From Pseudomonadota bacterium (GTDB taxonomy: Bacteria; Pseudomonadota; Gammaproteobacteria; JAKAQQ01): DNA of 64,000 nt. Position 1 is the stretch's first letter, and the number at the start of each line of letters is the position of its first letter. The stretch lies in the NCBI GenBank assembly GCA_027320085.1, contig DAHVLZ010000018.1:32001-96000 (forward strand), read 5' to 3'. Position numbers and translations under genes: made by a program. The notes beneath the pieces were generated by a model. It was given only the letters and a program-made list of their open reading frames with translations. It was not told the DNA's origin and made no database searches. Below are positions 8,561-18,900 of the stretch, piece by piece.

Positions 8561-8842
8561 CTTGCGCTTTCTTTTCTGATATTCCATAGGATCAATGAAC
8601 AGCAACTCCAAGTACGGAGGAAGACCACGAAGAGGGGAGCAATCCCCCGGTCGTGACTTCGCTGCTTTTCAGAAACGGACTTCGTGATGAATCGACAAAA
8701 CCCGAACCCACTCTTCCTGTGATCCGCCTCCATCCGGAGACGGCGGGTTTTTGTCTTTTCATCCCGAGGCTTGGAAACTCGGCCTGACGACGGTCATGCA
8801 AAAAGCCGAAGCAGGTCGTTCAACTTAGCTTAGGAGTCTTCC

Positions 8843-11305
8843 ATGAGAAAACGTATCGTGTCGGCATGGGCCGTGCCCATGGCGGTGCTCTTCGCCTTGG
8901 CGGGAGCCGCCCCGGTCCTTGCCCAATCCCTTCCCGGCGGCAATGTCATGCAAATGCATGGCATGGTGCCGCAAGTCGTGAAACGGGCGGTCTACTTGGG
9001 GACCCACAGTCCTTCAGCACCGATGACCGTGACGGTGGGGCTCAGACTGTCTCATCCGAATGCCCTGAATCGCTTTCTGGGCGAACTTCAGGATCCCGCG
9101 AGCCCGATGTACCGTCATTTCCTGACCCCCGCCGAGTTTACCCAGGCGTACGGGCCCACGGCTGCGGAAGTCACCACCGTCACCAACTTTCTCCGGAGCC
9201 GGGGAATCCACGTGACGGGGGTGTCGTCCAACCGCCTCCTCATCCATACCGAAGCCTCGGCCGGGGCCTATGAGCAGGCCCTGGGTGTCGTGCTCGAGGA
9301 CTACGCCTACCACGGGCGGACGTTCTTTGCACCCTCCCACGCCCCGGTATTGCCCGTCTCGGTTGCGGGTGATGTCGAGTCCCTGATCGGACTTTCGGAT
9401 GCGGCCGTGATGCGCCCCATGTGGATCCGGGGACCCGTCACCACCAGCCAGACGGGTGGAAACACGGCGGCGGCGACGCCTTCGGGTTACTCACCCCAGC
9501 AGATTGCGACCGTCTATGACTGGCCGTCGATCACCAATACCGCCAACGGGTCCGGGGTGACCATTGCCAATGCCACGGCCGAGAGCACGAACCTCTCGAT
9601 GAGTGACCTCGATACCTTCTGGAACCAGTACGGATTGTCCACCCATACGGTCAATGTCATTCCCGTGGATGGCACGACGAGCTCAACCGGTGGAACGATC
9701 GAGACCACGATCGACGAGGAACGGAGCGGGGCGATGGCTCCCGGCGCCACCCTGGACGTCTACGACGCGGATACCGCGACCGACCAGGATTTCACGGACA
9801 CCTACAACACGATCGTCACCGACAACACGGCCGAGGTGATGACCACGAGCTGGGGAGAACCGGAGGCGGATGCCTCATCCACGACCCTGTCGACCGATGA
9901 CAGCATCTTCAAGCAAGCGGCCGCCCAGGGCATTTCGGTCTTCGCGGCAGCCGGTGACAATGGCTCCTCCGACGGAACGAGCAATTCGGATACGGCGGAC
10001 TTTCCGTCCTCGGATCCGTATGTCCTCGCAGCCGGCGGCACGACCCTGACCCTGACCAGCAGCAATACGCGTTCGAGCGAGATTGCCTGGTCCAGCGGGG
10101 GAGGAGCGGAAAGCGCGGTGTTCACCGAGCCCTCCTGGCAGGTCGGAACCGGCGTGCCCCAGAACGGCTACCGCAACACCTCGGACCTCTCGATGGATGC
10201 CGATCCCAATACCGGATACTCGGTCTACGAGGCCGGAAGCTGGAGCGTCTATGGCGGAACCAGTTTCGTGGCACCGCAGCTCGCGGGACTCTGGGCTGAC
10301 GGGGTCGCAGACAATGGCGGAACCCGGCTCGGTCAGGCCAATCAGGCCGAATACGGGGTCGCCAACTCGGCCAACTACGCCAATGACTTCTATGATGTGA
10401 CCTCGGGCAGCAACGGCGCCTTCAGCGCGGGCGTTGGCTGGGATCACCCGACCGGCTGGGGCACCCCGGTGGCGACCAACCTGATCGCCAACATCGTGAC
10501 CCCCTCCGGTGGCGGTGGCGGCGTGGCTGCGCCCACGGCCTCGAACGGCTCGGTCACCACGGCTGAGAACACGGCGGTCTCGGGGACGCTCTCGGCCTCG
10601 GGCCCGAGCGGTGCAGCGCTGACCTTCGCGATCGTGGCCCAGCCCGCGAACGGATCGGTGACGCTCACCAATAGCTCGACCGGGGCCTTCACCTACACCC
10701 CGAACAGCGGGTTCTCGGGAACGGATTCCTTCACCTTCGACGCGTCAGACAGTGGCGGGACCTCGAATACCGCGACCGAGACCGTGACGGTGAATGCGGT
10801 CTCAACCGGACCCTGTCCCACGGGCTATGCCACCTATACCGGAACCCTTTCCGGCAGTGGGGACTATGCCTACCAGCCCAACGACAACTACTACTACGCG
10901 AACAGAGGGAAAGAGGCTGGATTGCTCTACGGACCGGGTGGAACCAACTTCCAGCTCTATCTCTACCAGTGGGATCCCTGGTTCGGCTGGATCAATGTGG
11001 CCGCCGGAACCGGCGGGGGCGCAGACCAGAGCGTGAGCTATGACGGCAGCTCCGGTTACTACGTCTGGCTGGTCTACTCGAACTACGGGGCTGGAGCTTA
11101 TACCTTCTGCCTGAGCTATCCGGGTGAGACAGCGGCCGCGACTCCCGTCCATTCGCACCCTAAAGGCCTGCCGGGAACCCCTCCGCAGGCGGTCCGGAGC
11201 AGCACTCCGGCCGGTGGCGGGTCGGGCTCGATGGGTCTCCTCGGCCTTCTGGCCCTGGCATCGATCCTGATCGTGCGGGGAATCCGCAACCCCCGCGAAT
11301 CCTGA
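8843..11305 (+). CDS. S53 (sedolisin/kumamolisin) peptidase with prodomain, Ig-like and PPC-like domains and GlyGly-CTERM tail
   Basis: Signal peptide; prodomain YRHFLTPAEF..YGP; catalytic ETTID, AAGDNG, GGTS; GWDHPTGWGTP; FTYTP..GFSGTDSFTF; GGGSGSMGLLGLLAL...R tail. Confidence 0.93.
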   Translation: MRKRIVSAWAVPMAVLFALAGAAPVLAQSLPGGNVMQMHGMVPQVVKRAVYLGTHSPSAPMTVTVGLRLSHPNALNRFLGELQDPASPMYRHFLTPAEFTQAYGPTAAEVTTVTNFLRSRGIHVTGVSSNRLLIHTEASAGAYEQALGVVLEDYAYHGRTFFAPSHAPVLPVSVAGDVESLIGLSDAAVMRPMWIRGPVTTSQTGGNTAAATPSGYSPQQIATVYDWPSITNTANGSGVTIANATAESTNLSMSDLDTFWNQYGLSTHTVNVIPVDGTTSSTGGTIETTIDEERSGAMAPGATLDVYDADTATDQDFTDTYNTIVTDNTAEVMTTSWGEPEADASSTTLSTDDSIFKQAAAQGISVFAAAGDNGSSDGTSNSDTADFPSSDPYVLAAGGTTLTLTSSNTRSSEIAWSSGGGAESAVFTEPSWQVGTGVPQNGYRNTSDLSMDADPNTGYSVYEAGSWSVYGGTSFVAPQLAGLWADGVADNGGTRLGQANQAEYGVANSANYANDFYDVTSGSNGAFSAGVGWDHPTGWGTPVATNLIANIVTPSGGGGGVAAPTASNGSVTTAENTAVSGTLSASGPSGAALTFAIVAQPANGSVTLTNSSTGAFTYTPNSGFSGTDSFTFDASDSGGTSNTATETVTVNAVSTGPCPTGYATYTGTLSGSGDYAYQPNDNYYYANRGKEAGLLYGPGGTNFQLYLYQWDPWFGWINVAAGTGGGADQSVSYDGSSGYYVWLVYSNYGAGAYTFCLSYPGETAAATPVHSHPKGLPGTPPQAVRSSTPAGGGSGSMGLLGLLALASILIVRGIRNPRES

Positions 11306-11324
11306 TCACCACTGATTGACACTG

Positions 11325-11358
11325 ATCGGGCAGGCCTCAAGCCTGCCCGATTTTTTTT
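11325..11358 (+). terminator. Rho-independent terminator
   Basis: ATCGGGCAGGC-ctcaa-GCCTGCCCGAT followed by a T-run, just after the peptidase stop. Confidence 0.9.
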
Positions 11359-11487
11359 GGCGGTCTGTGAGGGGCGATGCCAAGCCGGGGCTCGCAAGCC
11401 CGATCCCCCCAAAAGTGGAGGAGGCCGAAGGGCTGATGGGGTCAGGGTCATCGGTTAGGCTAAACAGAGATGAACGAGGAGTCGACC

Positions 11488-11754
11488 ATGGCGGGGGGTT
11501 GGACCCAAGACGGTGCCGTGCAACAGCGGATCGATGCCCGCCTGGAAGTTGCGCTGAAGCGTGTGCGTGGGCGCATCCCCGCGGGAGAGAGCCTTCGCTA
11601 TTGCGGAAAATGCGGGGCCGAAATCCCCGAAGGCCGGCGTCACGCCCTCCCCGGGGTGCGGTTCTGCCTGGGCTGCCAGGCTGAAATTGACCGGCAACAG
11701 GTCTCTGTCTCGCCCATCAATCGCCGGGGCAGCAAGGACAGCCAGCTTCGCTGA
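11488..11754 (+). CDS. DksA/TraR C4 zinc-finger protein (YbiI-like)
   Basis: MAGGW..DGAVQ, CGKCGAEIPEGRR.ALPGVRFCLGCQ, NRRGSKDSQLR. Confidence 0.93.
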   Translation: MAGGWTQDGAVQQRIDARLEVALKRVRGRIPAGESLRYCGKCGAEIPEGRRHALPGVRFCLGCQAEIDRQQVSVSPINRRGSKDSQLR

Positions 11755-11836
11755 AGGCTCCGCTCAGGTCTTCGCTGCGCTAGAATCCGAGCTCGAGAGT
11801 TCATGGGTCGTGAGGTTCCAAGTCGGTTTCGCTGCG

Positions 11837-11913
11837 GCCCCGGTAGCTCAGTTGGATAGAGCATCCCCCTCCTAAGGGGAAGGTCGGCGGTTCAAATCCG
11901 CCCCGGGGCGCCA
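11837..11913 (+). tRNA. tRNA-Arg(CCT)
   Basis: GCCCCGGTAGCTCAGTTGGATAGAGCATCCCCCTCCTAAGGGGAAGGTCGGCGGTTCAAATCCGCCCCGGGGCGCCA. Confidence 0.97.
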
Positions 11914-12100
11914 TCAATCAAGGGAGCCCGCCCATTCGCGGGGACCGCCCGATGATGTGCCCAAACCTTGCGCCCAACACCAATCCGGCTTGGTGGATAC
12001 CGGCCCGGAAGAAACGGCCGGACTGTGCGGGAGCCCAGCCTGGCGGGTTTTCCTTGAAGCAGCTTCTTTTCGATGCGGTTAGACTGGACCGTCCTGCAGG

Positions 12101-12928
12101 ATGTATGGCGTGACCGGCATTCTCTTCTCCATCGTGCTTCTCCTCCTGGCGGGTGCTTGCGCGGGATTCCTGGGAGGACTCCTGGGGATCGGAGGGGGGC
12201 TTCCGGTGGTGGCGGCGCTGAGCGTGGTCCTGCCGACGCTGGGGATTCCACGGTCTTCCGTCATGCATGTCGCCGTGGCGACCTCCCTGGCCGCAATGGT
12301 TCTGACCTTCACCTCATCCGCCACGGCGCATATCCGGCGCGGGAGCGTGCTTTGGCCCAGCTGGAGGAGGCTTGCACCAGGCATGGTGGTCGGTGCGCTT
12401 GTCGGGACGCACCTTGCGGCGTTTCTTCCCGATTTCGCTCTGCGTGCGGTCATCGGCGTTTTCTGCCTCATCATGGCCGGGCAGATGGCCATCGGACGTA
12501 AAGCCGGGGCGCAGGCGGGTGAGGGAGAACGGGTACCCCGATCGCCCTGGCTCATGGGGGCGGGTGCCGGAATCGGCACCCTCTCCTCGGTGGTTGGAAT
12601 CGGTGGCGGATCCATGACCGTCCCTCTTCTCGTATCCCTGTCGGCGAGGCCCGTCAAGGCCATCGGAACGAGTGCGGTGTGCGGATTGATGCTCGCGATC
12701 GTGAGTGCCCTGAGTTACGCGGTCACGGTCAAGGTCCCCACGCACGCGCTGCCCTGGGGAACGGTCGGTTACGTGAGCCTCCCGGTGGCGGCGCTCATTG
12801 CGATGGGCTCGATGTCGCTCGCACCCGTCGGTGTCCGGGTGGCGCACAAGTTGTCCAACCGGGCGCTGAAGCGGATCTTCGCGCTATTCCTCGTGGTCAT
12901 GGGGTTGCTGATCGTCCTCGGAGGCTAG
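12101..12928 (+). CDS. TSUP (TauE/SafE) family membrane transporter
   Basis: GFLGGLLGIGGG, AVATSLA, GIGGGSMTVP, AIGTSA; about 8 TM segments. Confidence 0.92.
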   Translation: MYGVTGILFSIVLLLLAGACAGFLGGLLGIGGGLPVVAALSVVLPTLGIPRSSVMHVAVATSLAAMVLTFTSSATAHIRRGSVLWPSWRRLAPGMVVGALVGTHLAAFLPDFALRAVIGVFCLIMAGQMAIGRKAGAQAGEGERVPRSPWLMGAGAGIGTLSSVVGIGGGSMTVPLLVSLSARPVKAIGTSAVCGLMLAIVSALSYAVTVKVPTHALPWGTVGYVSLPVAALIAMGSMSLAPVGVRVAHKLSNRALKRIFALFLVVMGLLIVLGG

Positions 12929-13007
12929 ATCCGGGAGCTTTCCCGGGGGGCAGGATGCATGGACTGCCGGTCATCGGTTTCGGGTTCTTGGACCGGGAAG
13001 TCTTCCC

Positions 13008-13508
13008 TCACGGCAACCGGTTGCAGTTCGAAGGGAGCCCGGCTCCGGATTGCGCTTTCCCTTTTCCCGGATGGGAGGTCACGTAGGCGGCATACCCTTT
13101 GTAGGTGACCATTTTGTGGATCATGGGAGTGGAGGGTCCCCAGGAGTACGAGCTGTTTGCGGCCATGCCCCCGGCTCTCATGCCGGGTGACCCACCACCG
13201 GTCGGTGGCGGGTCGGCCAGAAGGACTGCATTGGCTCCGATCCGGGCTGCCTGTTGCTGCAGTTTTTCCAAGATCCGGCAGTTGAGCTCGGGGGAGTTGT
13301 TCCAGCCGAGCAGGTGGGTGTCCAGTTTCGCGAGGAGCACGAAATGGGAGGGCCACGCCGGTTTGATCCAGAAGGAAACCTGGTCGGCGTGCAGGGGCGG
13401 TCTCGCTTGGGTGAGCATGGACGGTGGGCCAACCAGAGCGCAGCCGGAAAATGCCAAGAGCGCACCGAGTAGTAGGGAAATCCCGAACCCAGATGAACAA
13501 GGACGCAT
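13008..13508 (-). CDS. Hypothetical lipoprotein (YbjQ/RcsF-like AA..GANAV motif)
   Basis: Lipobox LAFSGC; LEKLQQQAARIGANAVLL. Confidence 0.6.
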   Translation of the reverse strand: MRPCSSGFGISLLLGALLAFSGCALVGPPSMLTQARPPLHADQVSFWIKPAWPSHFVLLAKLDTHLLGWNNSPELNCRILEKLQQQAARIGANAVLLADPPPTGGGSPGMRAGGMAANSSYSWGPSTPMIHKMVTYKGYAAYVTSHPGKGKAQSGAGLPSNCNRLP

Positions 13509-13619
13509 ACAGCCCCCCTTCCCAGGATCGCCTCCGACCATCCCATCCTACTCGGATCTTTTCGCTTCCGCTCGGGGCACTCGGTTGTGGCTGGCAGAGG
13601 GGAGCGCGTGCTCCGGCCA

Positions 13620-14057
13620 TCAATCCAGCCGGATCATGAGCGCACGGATTTTCCGTTCGATCTCGTCGCGGACCGCTCGGAAGGCATCGAGAATCTCGGT
13701 TTCAGATCCACTGGCACGGGCCGGATCGGTGAGCGGCCAGTGTTCACGGAGGATTCCGGGGGACACCAAGGGACAGCGTTCTTCAGCGTCTCCGCAGAGG
13801 GTGATGAGCCGGTCGGCGCTTGCGAGGAGTGTTTCGGTGAGCATCTTCGACTGCTGCGAGCGGATGTCAATCCCGCGCTCCGCCATGACCCGGATGGCCA
13901 GCGGGTGGATCCCGTGAGCCTCGATGCCGGCGGAAGCAGACTCGACTTTTCCATCGCCGAGTGTGCGCAACCACCCCTCGGCCATCTGGCTGCGGCAGCT
14001 GTTGCCGGTGCAGAGGAACAGGATGACCGGCCGACGGCCGGGTTCGCGGGCGCTCAC
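13620..14057 (-). CDS. arsC: Arsenate reductase (LMW-PTP/thioredoxin type)
   Basis: ILFLCTGNSCRSQMAEG, ITLCGDAEERCP, HW...DP; GTG start overlaps the arsB stop. Confidence 0.93.
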   Translation of the reverse strand: MSAREPGRRPVILFLCTGNSCRSQMAEGWLRTLGDGKVESASAGIEAHGIHPLAIRVMAERGIDIRSQQSKMLTETLLASADRLITLCGDAEERCPLVSPGILREHWPLTDPARASGSETEILDAFRAVRDEIERKIRALMIRLD

Positions 14058-15373
14058 CCGCCCCCCAGCCAGCGGACCCAGAGGCCCAAAGCGAGGAGGG
14101 TCACCAGGAGCACGGGCGGCGTGATGACGAGACCGACGCGCATGTATGTCCGCCAACTGATCGTTTCGCCCTTGCGGGCCAGGACATGAAGCCAGAGCAG
14201 CGTGGCCAGGCTGCCCAAGGGTGTGAATTTGGGCCCGAGGTCACAGCCCACCACGTTGGCGTAGATCATGGCGGTTTTGACCGTGTGGGGGAGGGGAGTG
14301 GCCTGGTGGATGCCGAGTGCCCCGATCAAGACCGTGGGCAGGTTGTTCATGACGGCCGAAAGCCCTGCCGAGAGGAGACCGGTACCCAGGGTCGCCACAA
14401 GGACGCCTTGGTGCGCAAGGGTGGCAAGCAATCCCGCGAGCAGCGCCGTGAGGCCCGCATTCCGGAGTCCGAAAACGACGAGATACATGCCGAGGCTGAA
14501 CCAGACGATCTGCCAGGGGGCCTCGCGGAGCACCTTCCGGCTCTGGATCGTGGCACCCCGGCCCAGACGCCACCAGCGACCCGAGACGGCCAGAAGCAGA
14601 AGTGCGCCGCTCCCCGTCACCGCGAAGATCGGGAGGTGCCAGGGGGCGGTCACGAAGTAGGCCACGAGGAGGAGGGCCAGGACGGGAAAGCTCAAGCGGA
14701 AGACGAGCGGGTCGCGGATCGCGGTTTGCGGGGCGGGAAGCGTCTCCTTCCCGTATCGGAGGGGGACCTCGCGGCCGAAGTAGAGCCAGAGTACCCCGAG
14801 CGTTGCCAGTAGCGCGACCAGGTCGACCGGTACCATGATCCCCGCGTAGTGGTCGAAGGACAGGTGGAAATAGCCGGCGCTCACGATGTTGACGAGGTTT
14901 GAGGTCACAAAGGGCAGTGAGGTCGTATCCGCGACGAAGCCCGTGGCCATGACGAAGGCAAAGGCGGCAGCTGGGCTGTAGCCCAGGGCGAAGAGCATGG
15001 CCAGGACGATCGGTGTCAGGATGAGGGCAGCCCCGTCATTGGCAAAGAGCGCCGAGACCCCGGCGCCCAGCACGATCACCAGGGGAAACAGCCGATGCCC
15101 GTTTCCGCCTCCCCAGTGGGCCACATGGAGGGCGGCCCAGTGGAAAAAACCCGCCTCATCGAGGATCAGCGAAATCAGGATCAGGGCGACGAAGGTCAAG
15201 GTCGCATCCCACACGATCCCCCAGACGGTTGCCAGGTTGGACCAGTGGATGACCCCGACGGCGAGCGCGATCACCGCCCCCGCCATCGCGCCCCAACCAA
15301 TCCCGAGTCCCCCGGGCCGGACGATCACGAGGAGAAGCGTCAGCACAAAGACAGAAAGCGCAAGGATCATCAC
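14054..15373 (-). CDS. arsB: Arsenite efflux pump
   Basis: GLGIGW, FANDGAALILTPIV, SNLVNIVSA, MNNLPTVL, GCDLGPKFTPLGSLATLLWLHVL. Confidence 0.96.
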   Translation of the reverse strand: MMILALSVFVLTLLLVIVRPGGLGIGWGAMAGAVIALAVGVIHWSNLATVWGIVWDATLTFVALILISLILDEAGFFHWAALHVAHWGGGNGHRLFPLVIVLGAGVSALFANDGAALILTPIVLAMLFALGYSPAAAFAFVMATGFVADTTSLPFVTSNLVNIVSAGYFHLSFDHYAGIMVPVDLVALLATLGVLWLYFGREVPLRYGKETLPAPQTAIRDPLVFRLSFPVLALLLVAYFVTAPWHLPIFAVTGSGALLLLAVSGRWWRLGRGATIQSRKVLREAPWQIVWFSLGMYLVVFGLRNAGLTALLAGLLATLAHQGVLVATLGTGLLSAGLSAVMNNLPTVLIGALGIHQATPLPHTVKTAMIYANVVGCDLGPKFTPLGSLATLLWLHVLARKGETISWRTYMRVGLVITPPVLLVTLLALGLWVRWLGGG

Positions 15374-15795
15374 GGGGGGCGCCGTCCGCTGCAGGGTTGG
15401 GATTTCGGTCTATCCCTCTGGCAGGCGTCCCGGAAGGCCTGGAGACGGAACTGGGCCATCTTTTGGAAGAGGAGACCGTCGGGTTCCCGGGCCAGGGTCC
15501 GGAGGATTTTCCGTCGAGGCAAGGAGAGGGCGGGGTCCAGCCGGTAGTAAATCCATCTCCCCCGGCGACGGTCGGCCACGAGACCTGCCTGCCGGAGCCA
15601 GGCCAGGTGACGGGAGACCTTGGGCTGAGTGGATCCCAATGCCGCCACCAGCTCGCATACGCAAAGCTCCCCCTGGCTTCCCAAAAGATCCATGACCGCA
15701 AGGCGGGTCTGATCCGCGAGCGACTCCAGGAAACGGACCGTTCCGTTCGGCAGGACCTCATCCGGCCGATGAGGGGCGTGGGGGGCGGGTCTCAC
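15370..15795 (-). CDS. arsR: ArsR/SmtB family repressor
   Basis: LADQTRL, GELCVCEL, QPKVSRHLA.LR.AGLV, RRGRWIYY. Confidence 0.93.
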   Translation of the reverse strand: MRPAPHAPHRPDEVLPNGTVRFLESLADQTRLAVMDLLGSQGELCVCELVAALGSTQPKVSRHLAWLRQAGLVADRRRGRWIYYRLDPALSLPRRKILRTLAREPDGLLFQKMAQFRLQAFRDACQRDRPKSQPCSGRRPP

Positions 15796-15806
15796 ACGAT
15801 CCCTTT

Positions 15807-15828
15807 ATATATGGATAAACAAATATAT
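15807..15828. promoter_or_regulatory. Putative ArsR operator
   Basis: ATATAT-ggataaacaa-ATATAT inverted repeat in an AT-rich patch just upstream of arsR. Confidence 0.6.
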
Positions 15829-15928
15829 CATGGAAGCCGCAAGCGCATCCGATGGCGGGCGCAGTGTTGGATTGACGTCCGGGCACGAGGGGGGTACCTT
15901 GACTCGTACCCGAAACCGGACGGTTCCC

Positions 15929-18900
15929 ATGCGTCATGTTGGCCTTTGCGTCCTTGCCTTTCTCGCCCTTCCGGCTTTCGCCCAGGCTTCCGCCGCTCCG
16001 CTGCTTCTCCGGGATCCCACCCTCTCCGCGCACCACCTCGTGTTTTCCTACGGCGGAATCCTCTGGCAGGTCGGACGGCACGGGGGGACGGCTCATCCCT
16101 TGATCACCGGGCATGGGAATCTCGCCCGGCCGCTCTATTCCCCGAACGGTCGCTGGATCGCGTTCACGGCCACCTACCAGGGCAATACCGACGTCTATGT
16201 GGCGCGTGCGGATGGCCGGGATGTCCGCCGGCTCACTTTCTATCCGGGATCCAATATTGCGGTCGGCTGGACGCCGAACAGCCAGGAGATCCTGTTCCGG
16301 TCTGCCCGCTACAGTTCGAGTTACATCCCCGCCCTCTACCTCGTGCCCGTCACCGGCGGTCTCCCGGTGGCGCTCCCGCTGCCGACCGGACAGGTCGGAT
16401 CCTTCTCGCCCACTGGGCGAGAGTTGGCCTATGTGCCGGAGCTTCAGTGGGAACGTTTCTGGCAGCACTACCGGGGCGGTCAGCAGACCACGATCCGCCT
16501 CGCCCGCCTCCAGAACTCCGCAGTGGTCCGGATTCCCCACGGAACGGCGGAGGACCGCGATCCACTCTGGATCGGCCACCACGTCTATTTCCTTTCGAAT
16601 GCGCCCGGAAACTTTACCCTTTTTTCCTACAATGTGAAGACCCGCCACATTCGTGAGCGGCTCCCGGCCCGAAGTCTCGACCTGAGTTCGATCTCGGCCG
16701 GTCCGGGCGCGATCGTGTTTGACCGCTTCGGTCGGATCGGAATCTATGATCTGGCCACGGGTCGGGAACATCCGGTCCGCATCCGGCTTCGGGGCAACGT
16801 GCCGGATTTGCGCACGCGTTACATCAAGGCCGCACCCTACATCCAGGCTTCCGGGATCGCGCCCGATGGTGTGCGTGCCGTCTTCACCGCCTTCGGGAAG
16901 ATCCTGACAGTTCCGGCCCTTCACGGCAGCATCGAAAATCTGACCACCCGTCCCGGTACCATGGATCGCGATCCGGCCTGGTCCCCGAACGGGCGATGGA
17001 TTGCCTATTTTTCGGACCGGACCGGTTCCTATGATCTCGAGATCCGGCCCGATGACGGCGTGGGCCCCCTCCGTCGGATTGCCTTGGGCGAACCCAATGC
17101 CTTCTTCGGGCATCTCCATTGGGCGCCCAATAGCCACCGGCTCGTCTTCAGCGACCAAAAACTCAATCTCTGGGAAGTCGACCTCGGCCACGCGCATCCT
17201 GTCCCGGTCCGGATCGCGACCGACCGTTATGCATCGCCCCTGCACGATTTCCACGCCCGCTGGTCACCCGACAGCCGCTGGATCGTCTATACCCGGCTTT
17301 TGCCCAACTACCTCCATGCTGTGATGGTCTATTCGGTGCAAAGCCACAAGACCCATGCCATCACCCATGGTGCGAGCGATTGTCTCGATCCGGTGTTCGG
17401 TGCGGGTGGACGGGACCTCTACTTCACGGAGAGTACGGATACGGGGCTGACCCAGGGCTGGTTCGATATGACGAGCCTCGACCACCCCATCCGACGGCGT
17501 GTCTATGCGGTCGTCTTGGGTCGGAATGGCGTCTCGCCGCTGCCCTTGCGGAACGGCTTTCCCAAGTCCGCAAAGCCCAAAAAGCCGGTCTCCAAGGCCC
17601 ACCCGCCGCGCGTCCGGATCGACTTTGCCGGACTGTCCGAAAGACGGGTGGTCCTGCCCATTCCACCAGCCAACTACACGGGTCTTGCAGCCGGCCGCCC
17701 GGGTGAGCTTTTCCTGGACAAGGCGCCTCTCGTCCCCATCTCCGAGAACCTGGGTGGCCCGCCCGCTTTCTCCGTCCTCGCGTTCGACTTTGCGAACCGG
17801 CACCTCCGGACGCTTGTGGCCAAGACCCAGGTTTTCCATCTCGCAGCCGATGGCCGGTTCATGCTGACCCGGATCGGACCCCACTGGCAGATCACCTCGA
17901 TCGGGCCGCATCCGGCCCACCATCGTCTGGATACCGCCGCCATGCGGGTCCGGGTCGATCCCCAAGCCTCCTGGGACGAGATGTACCGCGACGTCTGGCG
18001 TATCGAACATGCCTATTTCTACAGCCCGGTTTTCGACGGTACTCCGGTTGTGACCGAGGAGAAGCGTTTTGCCCGCTACCTCCCGGGTGTGGGCAGCCGC
18101 AGCGGACTGAACGATCTCTTCCGCGAGATGCTGAGCTATATCGCGGTGGGCCACATGTTCGTCTCCGGCGGACTAAAGCCGAAAACCCTGCATGTGGGAG
18201 TGGGGCTGCTCGGTGCCAACTACCGGGTCCGGCACGGCCACTACCAGATCACCCGGATCCTCCGGGGAGGGGCCTGGAATCCCACCCTCTATGCCCCCTT
18301 GGCGCAGCCCGGGCTCGATGTCCGCGTGGGAGACTATCTCCTCGCGGTCAACGGTCACCCTCTGCGCTCCTCCGAGAACCTCTACCAGGCCTTTGAGAAC
18401 CTTGCGGGGGCCCATGTTTTGCTCACCGTGGGTCCCCATCCCAATGACCAGGATGCCCATACCTTCACGGTCAAGACCCTCTCCAGCGAGCATGCCCTGC
18501 GCGTTGCGGCCTGGGTGGACCACAATCTCCGGGTGGTCAACCGGTTGAGCCATGGCCGGCTGGGCTATATCTATCTCCCGAACACCGGGCTCCAGGGTTT
18601 CCGGAATTTCAACCGGTTCTTTTTTTCGCAGGTCGACAAGGAAGGACTCATCATCGACGAGCGTTTCAATACCGGGGGGTTCCTCTCGGACTACATCATT
18701 CAGTACTTGAAACGCGAACCGCGCAGCCTCGTCGTGACCCGCTATGGAAAACCCTACATCGAGCCCCCGGAGGCCAATTTCGGACCGCGGGTCATGATCA
18801 TCAACCGCTACTCGGGATCCGGTGGGGACGCCCTGCCCTGGTATTTCAAGATGGAGCACCTGGGTCCCCTGGTGGGGACCCGGACCTGGGGAGGACTCGT

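Noticed and set aside
11913-15830. Integrative element at tRNA-Arg
   Set aside because: No integrase, no duplicated tRNA 3' end and no strong compositional shift seen.
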